Assembly (NCBI GenBank): GCA_965209055.1
Contig: OZ242374.1
Location: 3,392,001-3,456,000, forward strand
DNA from: Acidobacteriota bacterium
Lineage (GTDB): Bacteria; Acidobacteriota; UBA6911; RPQK01; JAJDTT01
DNA length: 64,000 nucleotides
Direction of reading: 5' to 3'
Shown here one piece after another: positions 46,465-54,915 of the stretch (the first letter of the stretch is position 1; every line of letters begins with the position of its first letter). The notes beneath the pieces were generated by a model. It was not told the DNA's origin, made no database searches, and saw only the letters and a list, made by a program, of their open reading frames with translations. The translations under genes were made by a program, and so were the position numbers.

Positions 46465-48435
46465 TCAATAGGGCCAGTCCAGCGGAGGAGCGGCGGCCAC
46501 GAATTGACGGCGTTTCACCCATCGGACCCGGTCCTGCCGGTAATGGTCCCGCTGATAGAAGGGGTAGTATTTTCCGGGAGGATCGATGAAGACGACGCTG
46601 TTGCCCTTAACGACCAGGTTGAAATCGACTCCCCACATCTTTTCCTTGACCGTGCGCTCCTGGATGGGAAAGGAGAGTGTCACCGCGTCCCCCGGTTTCA
46701 CGCTTCCCACTTGGGCATAACGCCCTTCCCAGCCCAGCTTTCGAGTCTGTTCATTCACCCTGCAGACCGTCTTCTCCGTTTCGGTCCAATCGGGAATCCG
46801 AACCTGGAGCCGGATCGGCTGCTTGACCCTCACGTCCACCTGTCCTTCATAGGGGATATAGCTCTGGACGTCCGCCCACGGCGACACCCGGTTGAGGAGC
46901 AGATTGACCTTCACGTCGCCGTCCCGCTGGTGGAGCAGGTGTCTCCAGGCGTACCAGATGGCGCGGGCATGGTTGCCGGTGCAGCAATGCATGAGGAACA
47001 GGTGGTCGGAATCGGGACGGTCCGGCCAGGTCAGGGGATGCCCCACGAAGTCGTTGGGGGAGGCCAGGCTCATGGCGGAGCCGATGTTTCGTTCCACGGT
47101 CCGGTCGGAGCTCTCGAACTCGGGCCGGTTCCAGGTCTCGTAGCGATCCTCCGGCAGGAGCCGGTTGACAAAATCTCCCTTCAACAGTTGCATCTCGGCG
47201 AACTGATTCCTCAGGTAGCGGTCAGCGTCGTCCCAGTAGTCCCCGGCCCCGGCGATGCTCAGCTTGATGGCCAGCGCCGCCATGTCGGCGATGGTGCAGC
47301 CCTCCACGCCGTATCTGGCCACCTGCTGAACCGTCTTGGCCGAGTACTGAGCCCCGGCGCCCGGAGTGGAGGGAAAGAATCCCACGGTGGCGCTGCCGCT
47401 GGAGTCCCGGGCGTATTCGTAGGACTTTTTCGAGTACTCGATGAAATCCTGGTCCCTGCTGGCCATGGCGAATTCCAGCAGGCCGGAGATGGGGCGGGTG
47501 TGCAGGTGGGTGTGGGGGACGCCCCGGAAGCGCCCTTCCGAGTCGTAGCAGCCCGAATGGCGCGTCATGTAGATGGCCAGCTTGCGGGCCAGGTCCAGGG
47601 CCGGCTGGTAACCGATGGCCAGGTAGGCCTGGCTGAGGCCCTGAATGATCCAACCCGCGGCGGCCCCGCTCGCCTCCCGGGTGCAGTCCGGGTCGACGAC
47701 GTCCCGGTCCTGGGGAACCTCCGTGTCCGGGTTGACCGCCATCAAGGGAAAGTAGCAGTAGTCGTCCTTGTAGATCATCAGCCGGGCCACGGCGTCGACC
47801 AGTTTCTCCAGCCGTTCCTTCCAGAACTCGTCGCCGCTCAACAGGTAGTAGAGGGCGAGATTGCCCAGCCAGCCCCCTTGAGCGACGGTGCTGGCCAACT
47901 GCGTCTCCTTGAGTCCCTTCTGCTCCAGCCAGTCGGCATGGAACCCCGCCCAGGGGCGGCCCTCGAACGGCATGTAGATCAGGCCGTCCTCCCCCTGCAT
48001 ACGCAGCAGGTTCTCCGGCCAGGCCTGATCCACTTCCAGGTTCTGGTCGCTGCCGCTGACGTAGCGGAGCAGGGGAAGCGCTTCCTGAAACTTGTACTGG
48101 ACGTTCAGATCATGGAAGTCGTGCACCAGGACGGGCGGCTTTCGGTTCAGGAGCACGTGCCACCAGATCTCGTAGCCCGCTTCCGGGTCCGCCGATTCGG
48201 TCAGGGCGTTGATGGACAGCCGGGCCCGCTCCGCCAGATCCAAGGTGTCGGGAACCAGCCCTTCCTGCCATTCGCCCTTCACCTCCGGGAAAATCACCTC
48301 CGGAATCTCCGGCGAGATGTAGCCGATCTTCCTCGCTTTGGACTCTTCCAAAGGGCCCGCCGACAGCGTGACGGTTGTGGCCAGAATCGCCGCACCCATC
48401 CATCGGACACCGAGTCGGTTCGTCTTCATCTGCAT
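46465..48435 (-). CDS. GH127/GH146-like (alpha/alpha)6 glycoside hydrolase
   Basis: Signal peptide. EGC and HCCTGN Zn/Cys motifs, YLRNQF, VNLLLNR...PYEG...VRIPDW beta-sandwich. Confidence 0.7.
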   Translation of the reverse strand: MQMKTNRLGVRWMGAAILATTVTLSAGPLEESKARKIGYISPEIPEVIFPEVKGEWQEGLVPDTLDLAERARLSINALTESADPEAGYEIWWHVLLNRKPPVLVHDFHDLNVQYKFQEALPLLRYVSGSDQNLEVDQAWPENLLRMQGEDGLIYMPFEGRPWAGFHADWLEQKGLKETQLASTVAQGGWLGNLALYYLLSGDEFWKERLEKLVDAVARLMIYKDDYCYFPLMAVNPDTEVPQDRDVVDPDCTREASGAAAGWIIQGLSQAYLAIGYQPALDLARKLAIYMTRHSGCYDSEGRFRGVPHTHLHTRPISGLLEFAMASRDQDFIEYSKKSYEYARDSSGSATVGFFPSTPGAGAQYSAKTVQQVARYGVEGCTIADMAALAIKLSIAGAGDYWDDADRYLRNQFAEMQLLKGDFVNRLLPEDRYETWNRPEFESSDRTVERNIGSAMSLASPNDFVGHPLTWPDRPDSDHLFLMHCCTGNHARAIWYAWRHLLHQRDGDVKVNLLLNRVSPWADVQSYIPYEGQVDVRVKQPIRLQVRIPDWTETEKTVCRVNEQTRKLGWEGRYAQVGSVKPGDAVTLSFPIQERTVKEKMWGVDFNLVVKGNSVVFIDPPGKYYPFYQRDHYRQDRVRWVKRRQFVAAAPPLDWPY

Positions 48436-48581
48436 TTCCGTTTACCATCCGGGTCGGAGTGAGTCATGATCTGCCGACGGACCGTCGTCAGTCCCAATGA
48501 GGGTTTATTCTAGATGATGACGCTGTGTTTCGGTACCGACCGATTTCCGGGAGGGCCGCCTTGTCCGAAGGAGGTGTCGAG

Positions 48582-49085
48582 ATGGCTGGGATGAAAAAGA
48601 TCACGAGGATGGACCATATTGCCTTGATGGTGAGCGATCTGGACCGGTCGTTCCATTTCTACCACCAACTGCTGGGCCTGGAGGTGGAGGAATATGTCGA
48701 GCACCCCACGCCGGGCAACACGAACATCCAGGGAGTCTCCAAGATGACCCGGTTCCCCGACGTGAGGATCCGGGAGTATCGCTTGAGGATGCCCGAGAAC
48801 CCGGGCATGACCCTCGATCTGATCGAGTGGATCACCCCCAAGAGCCCGGTGGGGCGGTACCCGTTGCACCACGTCCCTTCGGCGCATATCTGCTTCAACG
48901 TGGAGGACATTGAGGCGACGCACGAGTTTCTGAAGGGAGAAGGCGTCGAGTTCGTCTCTCCGCCCGTGTACTGGGAGCCGGAGGAAGGAGGATGGGTGGT
49001 CCTCTTCTTCTACGATCCGGACGGGAACCTCCTGGAGTTGAATCAGCCGCAGCCACACCACCAAAAAGCGGAATCTAGCGCCTGA
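48582..49085 (+). CDS. VOC/glyoxalase family protein (paralog of 34373..34882)
   Basis: MDHIALMVSD, HHVPSAHICF, GVEFVSPPV, VLFFYDPDGNLLELN shared with the first copy. Confidence 0.9.
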   Translation: MAGMKKITRMDHIALMVSDLDRSFHFYHQLLGLEVEEYVEHPTPGNTNIQGVSKMTRFPDVRIREYRLRMPENPGMTLDLIEWITPKSPVGRYPLHHVPSAHICFNVEDIEATHEFLKGEGVEFVSPPVYWEPEEGGWVVLFFYDPDGNLLELNQPQPHHQKAESSA

Positions 49086-49095
49086 CCCCGCTGGG

Positions 49096-49124
49096 AGAGG
49101 GGGGCGGTCTTGCCCCCCTCTTTT
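49096..49124 (+). terminator. Rho-independent terminator
   Basis: AGAGGGGGGC-GGTCTT-GCCCCCCTCT followed by TTTC, between convergent genes. Confidence 0.65.
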
Positions 49125-49164
49125 CTTCCGGTCCTCTTCTCTCGCCGGAGTGCGCTCGTCCGGT

Positions 49165-49977
49165 TTACCGATTCGCAGCCCGCGCCAAAAACCTGGCTTG
49201 TCCCACTTCCATCTGCCGCCCCGAGGGTTGGATCGCCGTCATTCCGGCGTCCACCATCAGCACGGCTCCGGTGATGTAGGAGGCTTCGTCGCTGGCCAGA
49301 AACAGGATGGCGTTGGCCACCTCGCTGGGCTCGGCGAAGCGGGACATGAGCGTCTGGCCCGCATAGGGCGCCACGTTCTCGGCCGGCGTGTTGGCCATCA
49401 TGGGCGTGTTCATACCGGTGGGGCAGACGGCGTTGGCCCGGATGCCGTCGAGGCCGCAGTCCTGGGCGATGCAGCGGGTCAGGCCGATGAGGCCGTGCTT
49501 GGAGGTGTTGTAGTCAGCCTGGTTCTCGTTCCCCTGAACGCCTGACACCGAGGAGACACAGACGATGCTTCCGGCCCCCTGGCGTTTCATCTGGGGAATC
49601 ACCGCCTTCGAGCAGAGAAACGGGCCCCGCAGGTTGACCCGCATGATCCGGTCCCAGACCTCCGCATCGATCTCGTACACCGGCGCCACTCTTCCAAAAG
49701 TGGCGGCGTTGTTCACCAGGACGTCGATCCGGCCGAACTGCTCCAGAGTGGTCTCCGCCATCCGCTCCGTGTCCTGCTCGTCGCTGCAGTCGGCAATGAT
49801 CGTAATCGCTTCGCCACCGGCCTCACCGATTTTCTCCACCGTCTCCGCGGCCGTCTGCGGGTTCACGTCCACAACGGCCACCCGCGCGCCTTCCGCCGCG
49901 AACCGCAATGCCACGGACTCTCCCAAGCCCTGCCCGGCCCCTGTAACGATAGCCACCTTGTCCGCCAAACGTCCCAT
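49165..49977 (-). CDS. SDR family oxidoreductase (paralog of 34947..35696)
   Basis: TGAGQGLG, NNAA, YNTSKHGLIGL, EVANAILFLASD. Confidence 0.93.
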   Translation of the reverse strand: MGRLADKVAIVTGAGQGLGESVALRFAAEGARVAVVDVNPQTAAETVEKIGEAGGEAITIIADCSDEQDTERMAETTLEQFGRIDVLVNNAATFGRVAPVYEIDAEVWDRIMRVNLRGPFLCSKAVIPQMKRQGAGSIVCVSSVSGVQGNENQADYNTSKHGLIGLTRCIAQDCGLDGIRANAVCPTGMNTPMMANTPAENVAPYAGQTLMSRFAEPSEVANAILFLASDEASYITGAVLMVDAGMTAIQPSGRQMEVGQARFLARAANR

Positions 49978-49980
49978 CCT

Positions 49981-51657
49981 TCACCTCCCGGGTTCTTCAG
50001 CCAGACGCCGTTTTGTCAGCGTACCGACGTAATTGGCCGTGGCCCTCGCCTGGTCCGCCAGCCAATACTGAAGGGCCAGTGGCCTGAGCGGCTGTTCACT
50101 CAGATACACCTCGTACCAGCCCTTGCCCAGCTTCGCCAACCGCAAGCCCAGGACAGAAAAACCGATCACCATCAACGGGATCAGGAGCGACGATATCACC
50201 GGAACCGTCGCCGGAAACGCCATCGCCATCGCTGCCAACAGTCCCGAAACGGCCGCCCCGCTGATTCCAGCCGCCAGGATGGACTTACCGATCGCCCGGT
50301 ACAGTTCCCGTTCCGAGATCTCTCTTCTCTGATACTGGAGACCGTACTCCAACACGGCCATAACCGCAGCTATGGCCGCTGCGGTCAAGGCGCCTTCCAT
50401 GGCACATTTTGCCGACTCCAAGAGCGTCGCGTGAAAGGCGTTGCTGTTCAGGACCCGCTGCGCGGCTTCAAGCTCCTTTGGCGTCATCCGATCACTGCCC
50501 CGAGCGCGATTCAGCGAGGCGTCCTCAAACAAGCCGTTGGATGCCCTGTGGCTGCCGCCCTCGCTGTATGCGTGTATGTGGCTCCAGTCCTTACCCTCCA
50601 GATGCTTCGCCGTGGCCTCGGGTCCCGCCGCCCGGATCGGCTCAGGGATCGTCTCCCAAACTCGTTGGGCTTCGACGAGCCCCCTCGAGCTACCCCGCGT
50701 CCCGGCGTACAAGTACTTTGTGGGATCTGCGTTTGCCCAGTCGAGATTGAGTGAAAAACGCGAAAGATGGCCATGAGCATCCAAGAACGGCAGCGGTTCA
50801 CGCACCACTCCCAACATTTTCTGGAAGGACGCTGTTGTTCTTACCTTTTCGGAGACGGCTAGGACGCCCGCTGTTACGCCGGTGATTACCGGCGCACCGT
50901 ATGAGCGGGTAACGGACAGCCCCGCCGTGACCCCCTGGCGAGCCTTTTCGGTAGTCCAGGCGGCGCCGTCCTTGACTCCGCCGGCAAGCTGTGTCGATCC
51001 ATCGCGGACTTTTTCGGTCGACCGAGTAGCCACTTCCTTCGCTCCCTCGGAGATGTGGGCCGCCCCAACCCGTGCCTTCCCGGCAGACCACGTGGCCGTG
51101 TCCTTTACCCCGTTTGCGACCTGAGTTGTTGCAGCGCGGGTCTTTTCGGCGGACCGAGTAGCCACATCCTTCGTTCCCTCGGCGACCTGGGTTGCCCCGA
51201 CTCGTGCCTTTTCGGCGGACCACGCGGCCGCGTTTTTGACTCCGTCTACGACGTGTGCGGCCCCATCACGGGCCTTTTCGGCGGACCGACCGGCTGCATC
51301 CATCGCTCCATCGGAAATGCGGGTTGCCCCAACTCGTGCCTTCTCGGCGGACCAATTGGTCGCACCCATAGCTCCCTCAGTTACCCGTGCTGTGCCGCCG
51401 CGAACCATTTCTGCTGACCAGCCAGCGGCGTCCTTGGCTTCGCCCGCAACTCGCGCCGCCCCGTCACGAGTCTTTTTTGCGGACCGAGCCGCAGCATTCT
51501 TGGCTCCCGCCGCTACCCGCGTCGCCCGATCACGAGCCTGTTCTGCAGACCAAGTGGCTGCCGCTTTAGCCCGCTTCCTCACTCGAAACAACCCGTCTCG
51601 GGCCTTCTCGGCTACCGACGCGGCGGTACGAGTCTCTTTTTCAGAGGTGTCTCCCAT
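49981..51657 (-). CDS. 22-aa amphipathic repeat protein with HNH-like motif and C-terminal transmembrane helices
   Basis: About 10 repeats like AEKARDGATRVAEGAKDAATWS. GKDWSHIHAYSEGGSHRASNGLFEDASLNRARG. Three hydrophobic C-terminal stretches. Confidence 0.7.
   Translation of the reverse strand: MGDTSEKETRTAASVAEKARDGLFRVRKRAKAAATWSAEQARDRATRVAAGAKNAAARSAKKTRDGAARVAGEAKDAAGWSAEMVRGGTARVTEGAMGATNWSAEKARVGATRISDGAMDAAGRSAEKARDGAAHVVDGVKNAAAWSAEKARVGATQVAEGTKDVATRSAEKTRAATTQVANGVKDTATWSAGKARVGAAHISEGAKEVATRSTEKVRDGSTQLAGGVKDGAAWTTEKARQGVTAGLSVTRSYGAPVITGVTAGVLAVSEKVRTTASFQKMLGVVREPLPFLDAHGHLSRFSLNLDWANADPTKYLYAGTRGSSRGLVEAQRVWETIPEPIRAAGPEATAKHLEGKDWSHIHAYSEGGSHRASNGLFEDASLNRARGSDRMTPKELEAAQRVLNSNAFHATLLESAKCAMEGALTAAAIAAVMAVLEYGLQYQRREISERELYRAIGKSILAAGISGAAVSGLLAAMAMAFPATVPVISSLLIPLMVIGFSVLGLRLAKLGKGWYEVYLSEQPLRPLALQYWLADQARATANYVGTLTKRRLAEEPGR
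50930..51612 (-). repeat. 66-bp intragenic tandem repeat (about 10.5 copies)
   Basis: Recurring ...CCTTTTCGGCGGACC... every 66 nt, encoding the 22-aa units. Confidence 0.85.
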
Positions 51658-51699
51658 TTTCCGGACCTCTCGGCGTGGACCGGCCACACCAGTCTACGC

Positions 51700-51951
51700 T
51701 CAGTTCACGCCCCAATTGTCGTAACCGATGATCTCGTCGGCACTTCGCTGGTCACGCCTCGGCAGCTTTGCGCAGTGCAGTGCAATGCGGTCCAATTCCT
51801 CAATGCGCGAGGTCGTGCCTCGCGGTTTCTCAATCTGATCCAGTCTTGCCTGGATGGCATCTCTGACGGCGTCGACCGGAGAGAGTCCGGTCAGTTTGGC
51901 GAGCCTTTTCAACAGCGCATGGGTTTTGGGATCGTTAATTCTTAGTGGCAT
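51700..51951 (-). CDS. vapB: Rv0623-like VapB antitoxin, orphan (no adjacent PIN toxin)
   Basis: MPLRINDPKTHALLKRLAKLTGLS...CAKLPRRDQRSADEIIGYD. Confidence 0.85.
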   Translation of the reverse strand: MPLRINDPKTHALLKRLAKLTGLSPVDAVRDAIQARLDQIEKPRGTTSRIEELDRIALHCAKLPRRDQRSADEIIGYDNWGVN

Positions 51952-52214
51952 CTTCGCTACTTCCTTATTCCATATCTTGGTGGAAACCGGGAACCATCAA
52001 CCTTGGAGACTGATCGTAACATCTGATTTCCAATGGCCGAAGCTCGGCGCGACCCCGCCCGTTGTCTTGGTCGCTGCAACGACCCTATAATCCCGGTCAA
52101 GCGCGGAGGCCTCGATCGCTCGTAGCGGGTCTGGAGACCATTGGCCACCACCTGCTCCCGATGATCGAGGTCGGAATCGCAAATCTCAATGTCCACGTTC
52201 GGAGGTTCTGAACC

Positions 52215-53075
52215 ATGAACATCGATCGCCGTCGTTTCATCGAAACCGTATCCCGGAGCGCCGCGGGCGCCGGCTTCATTCCGGCACTCTCGGCATTGGG
52301 CTGCGCCCCGTCTTCTGCTCCGGAGGCAACCCGTCCGGAGTCGACCGAATCCGAATGGAAGTCCCTGTTCGACGGAGTCACCCTGAACGGCTGGCACATC
52401 AACCCAGAGAAGATCGGTCACGGCACCGGTGGGCAGTGGGCCGTCGAGGATGGGACCATCACCGGTCAGCAGGATCCCCCCGGCTCGGGTAACGGCGGCA
52501 TCCTGCTCACCGACGAGAAGTTCATGGACTTCGAGCTTTCCATCGACATCAAACCGGACTGGGGAGTCTGCTCGGGACTCTTTCTGCGCAGCAACGACAA
52601 GGGCCAGTGCATACAGATGATGGTCGACTATCACGACAACGGGAAGATGGGGTTTCTCTACGGCGAAGGGACTTTCGGATTCAACAGCGCCACCTTCGAG
52701 GTCAATGGCGTCCTGGACCAGGATCAGCAATTGGTCCGTCTCACGCCCATCGGCGGCCGCTCCCTGGAGGAGGCCGGGCTGGTTTCGTCGTGCACGCCGG
52801 AGGAATTCATCGAGGCCTACAAGATCGACGACTGGAATACGGCCCGGGTCCTCATCACCGGAACCGAACCGCACATCACCACTTGGATCAACGGTCTGAA
52901 GATCTGCGAGTTCGACGGGCCGACCACGACCAATCAGAAGTATGTCGACAACCGCCAGGAGATCGTGAACCGCGTCGGCAAACCCGGCAGCATCGCGGTC
53001 CAGGTCCATGGCGGAAAGGGTTGGCCGACCGGCGCCAAGTGCCGCTGGAAGAACATCCGGATCCGCCCGGCGTAG
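52215..53075 (+). CDS. DUF1080 (3-keto-disaccharide hydrolase) Tat lipoprotein
   Basis: DRRRFI Tat signal plus ALGC lipobox. LFDGVTLNGW, GNGGILLTD, SGLFLR, DWNT, IAVQVHGG, WKNIRIR. Confidence 0.9.
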   Translation: MNIDRRRFIETVSRSAAGAGFIPALSALGCAPSSAPEATRPESTESEWKSLFDGVTLNGWHINPEKIGHGTGGQWAVEDGTITGQQDPPGSGNGGILLTDEKFMDFELSIDIKPDWGVCSGLFLRSNDKGQCIQMMVDYHDNGKMGFLYGEGTFGFNSATFEVNGVLDQDQQLVRLTPIGGRSLEEAGLVSSCTPEEFIEAYKIDDWNTARVLITGTEPHITTWINGLKICEFDGPTTTNQKYVDNRQEIVNRVGKPGSIAVQVHGGKGWPTGAKCRWKNIRIRPA

Positions 53076-53077
53076 AG

Positions 53078-53923
53078 CTAGGAGGGGGGACTTTCAGTCC
53101 CCCTGCGTTCCCACCGGATCGGTGGCTGGAAACCTGCCGATCCCATCCCCCCGCGACCCGGCAGCGACTCCAGCAGGGCGCGAGTGTACGCATGTCGTGG
53201 CTTCCGCAAGACTGTCTCCGTCGGTCCCGCCTCCACAATGCGTCCCCGGCGCATCACGTGCACCCGGGAGGTCAGGTATCGCACCAGAGCCAAATCGTGG
53301 GAAATAAACAGGATGGCCAGGTTCCGTCGGGACCGGAGCCGTCGCAGGAGGTTGGCGAGACGGGCTTGCGCCGACTGATCGATGGCGGAGGTGGGCTCGT
53401 CCGCAATCAGGACCTTCGGTTCGGGCGCCAGGGCCCGGGCGATGCTGACCCGCTGGCGCTGGCCGCCCGACAGTGCCCTGGGAAATCGTCGGGCCTGGGA
53501 TTCGTCGATGCCGATGGATTGAAGCAGCGAGAAGGCTTCCGTCCGGGCCTGCTTGCGCGTCAGTCCCCGCCACACCTGGAGAGCTTCCGCCACCGCCGAC
53601 CACGCCCGCATCCGGGGGTTCAGGGACGAATATGGATCCTGGAAGACCATCTGGACCTTCCAGCGCTCGTTCTTGGGGACGTGCTCTCGCGAGTGGGGCG
53701 CAGAGACCTGACTGCCTTCCAACAACACCGTTCCGGAGACCGTCGGCTGGAGGCCAACGAGTGCCCGGGCAAGGGTGGTCTTACCGCTGCCGCTCTCGCC
53801 GACCACGCCCACGATCTCGGCCGGATTGAGTGAAAGGCTGGCGTCTCGGACGGCCTCGAACGCGTCCGAACCCCGTCCGAACCGGACCGTGATGTTGCGC
53901 CCCTCCAGCAGCGGTCCGCTCAT
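53078..53923 (-). CDS. dppF: Peptide ABC transporter ATP-binding protein
   Basis: GESGSGKTT, VFQDPYSSLNPR, LSGGQRQR, ADEPT, HAYTRALL. Confidence 0.9.
   Translation of the reverse strand: MSGPLLEGRNITVRFGRGSDAFEAVRDASLSLNPAEIVGVVGESGSGKTTLARALVGLQPTVSGTVLLEGSQVSAPHSREHVPKNERWKVQMVFQDPYSSLNPRMRAWSAVAEALQVWRGLTRKQARTEAFSLLQSIGIDESQARRFPRALSGGQRQRVSIARALAPEPKVLIADEPTSAIDQSAQARLANLLRRLRSRRNLAILFISHDLALVRYLTSRVHVMRRGRIVEAGPTETVLRKPRHAYTRALLESLPGRGGMGSAGFQPPIRWERRGTESPPS
53081..53144. repeat. REP-like palindrome doublet overlapping the dppF 3' end
   Basis: GGAG-GGGGGACT-TTC-AGTCCCCC and ATCGGTGGCTGGAAACCTGCCGAT. Confidence 0.6.
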
Positions 53924-54915
53924 GGACCGTCCTCCATACGGTCGTGGTGAAGACACGCCGTCCGTTGGATTCCGGCAGGCGCGAGAGGCGGCTGGGCATC
54001 CTCGCGGCAGTCGGCGTCCGCCAGCGAACAGCGGGGCCAGAAGCGGCAACCGGCGGGCCACGCGCCGACAGACGCCGGATCCCCTGGAATGGTCTCCAGA
54101 TCTTCTCCGGGCACCGCCAGGTCCACCCGCGACGCCAGCAAGGCTCGCGTATAGGGATGGCGCGGATGCCTGACCACCGCGTCCAGAGGGCCGTTCTCGA
54201 CCGACGCGCCGGCGTACATGACCATCACGCTGTCGCACACCTCCTCGATCACCGCCAGATCGTGGGAGACGAAGATCAGGGCCATCTTCAGACGCTCCCG
54301 AAGCCGATTAATCAAGCTCAGGATCTCGCGTTGGATCGTCACGTCCAGCGCCGTCGTCGGCTCGTCGGCGATCAAGATCTCGGGCTCCTGGGACAGGGCC
54401 GCTGCGATCATGACACGCTGCCGCATACCGCCGGAAAGCTCGTGAGAACGCATCTCCAGGACTTGGCCGGGGCGGAGGATCCGCACCAGGTCCAGAAGCT
54501 GGAGCGCCTGATGATCCGCTTCCGTGTTGGAGACGTCGCGAGCCGCGTGGATTGCCTCCGTCAACTGGGTACGGACCGTGAGAACCGGATTGAGTCCGGC
54601 CAGGGAACTCTGCGGGACGTATCCGATCCGCCGGCCGCGGATCCGCCGCCAGACCTTCTCGTCGGCCCCCGCCAAGTCCTGGTCCCGATAGAGAATCCTG
54701 CCGGAAGCCACTACGGCTCCGTGGCGCCGGAGTGTCCCCATCAAGGCGCGGCAGAGCATCGTCTTGCCCGAGCCCGACTCACCGACGATGCCCAGAGCCT
54801 GATGGCGACGGAGGTAGAAATCGGCCGTGTCCACGATGGACAACAGGTCTCCCCGGCCACGCGGGACGCCGATGCGCAGGGACTCCACTCGCAGTATCGG
54901 GGATTCAATGTTCAC
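53920..54915 (-). CDS. dppD: Peptide ABC transporter ATP-binding protein
   Basis: GESGSGKT, LSGGMRQR, DEPTTALDV, HPYT, GCRFWPRC. Confidence 0.92.
   Translation of the reverse strand: MNIESPILRVESLRIGVPRGRGDLLSIVDTADFYLRRHQALGIVGESGSGKTMLCRALMGTLRRHGAVVASGRILYRDQDLAGADEKVWRRIRGRRIGYVPQSSLAGLNPVLTVRTQLTEAIHAARDVSNTEADHQALQLLDLVRILRPGQVLEMRSHELSGGMRQRVMIAAALSQEPEILIADEPTTALDVTIQREILSLINRLRERLKMALIFVSHDLAVIEEVCDSVMVMYAGASVENGPLDAVVRHPRHPYTRALLASRVDLAVPGEDLETIPGDPASVGAWPAGCRFWPRCSLADADCREDAQPPLAPAGIQRTACLHHDRMEDGP

Noticed and set aside
42611-48462. Long ORFs 42611..44482 (-) and 46504..48462 (+)
   Set aside because: Antisense shadows of the GWxTD and GH127-like genes.
50930-51612. CRISPR-like 66-bp periodicity
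   Set aside because: The whole unit is degenerate and in-frame coding; there is no invariant repeat with unique spacers and no cas genes.
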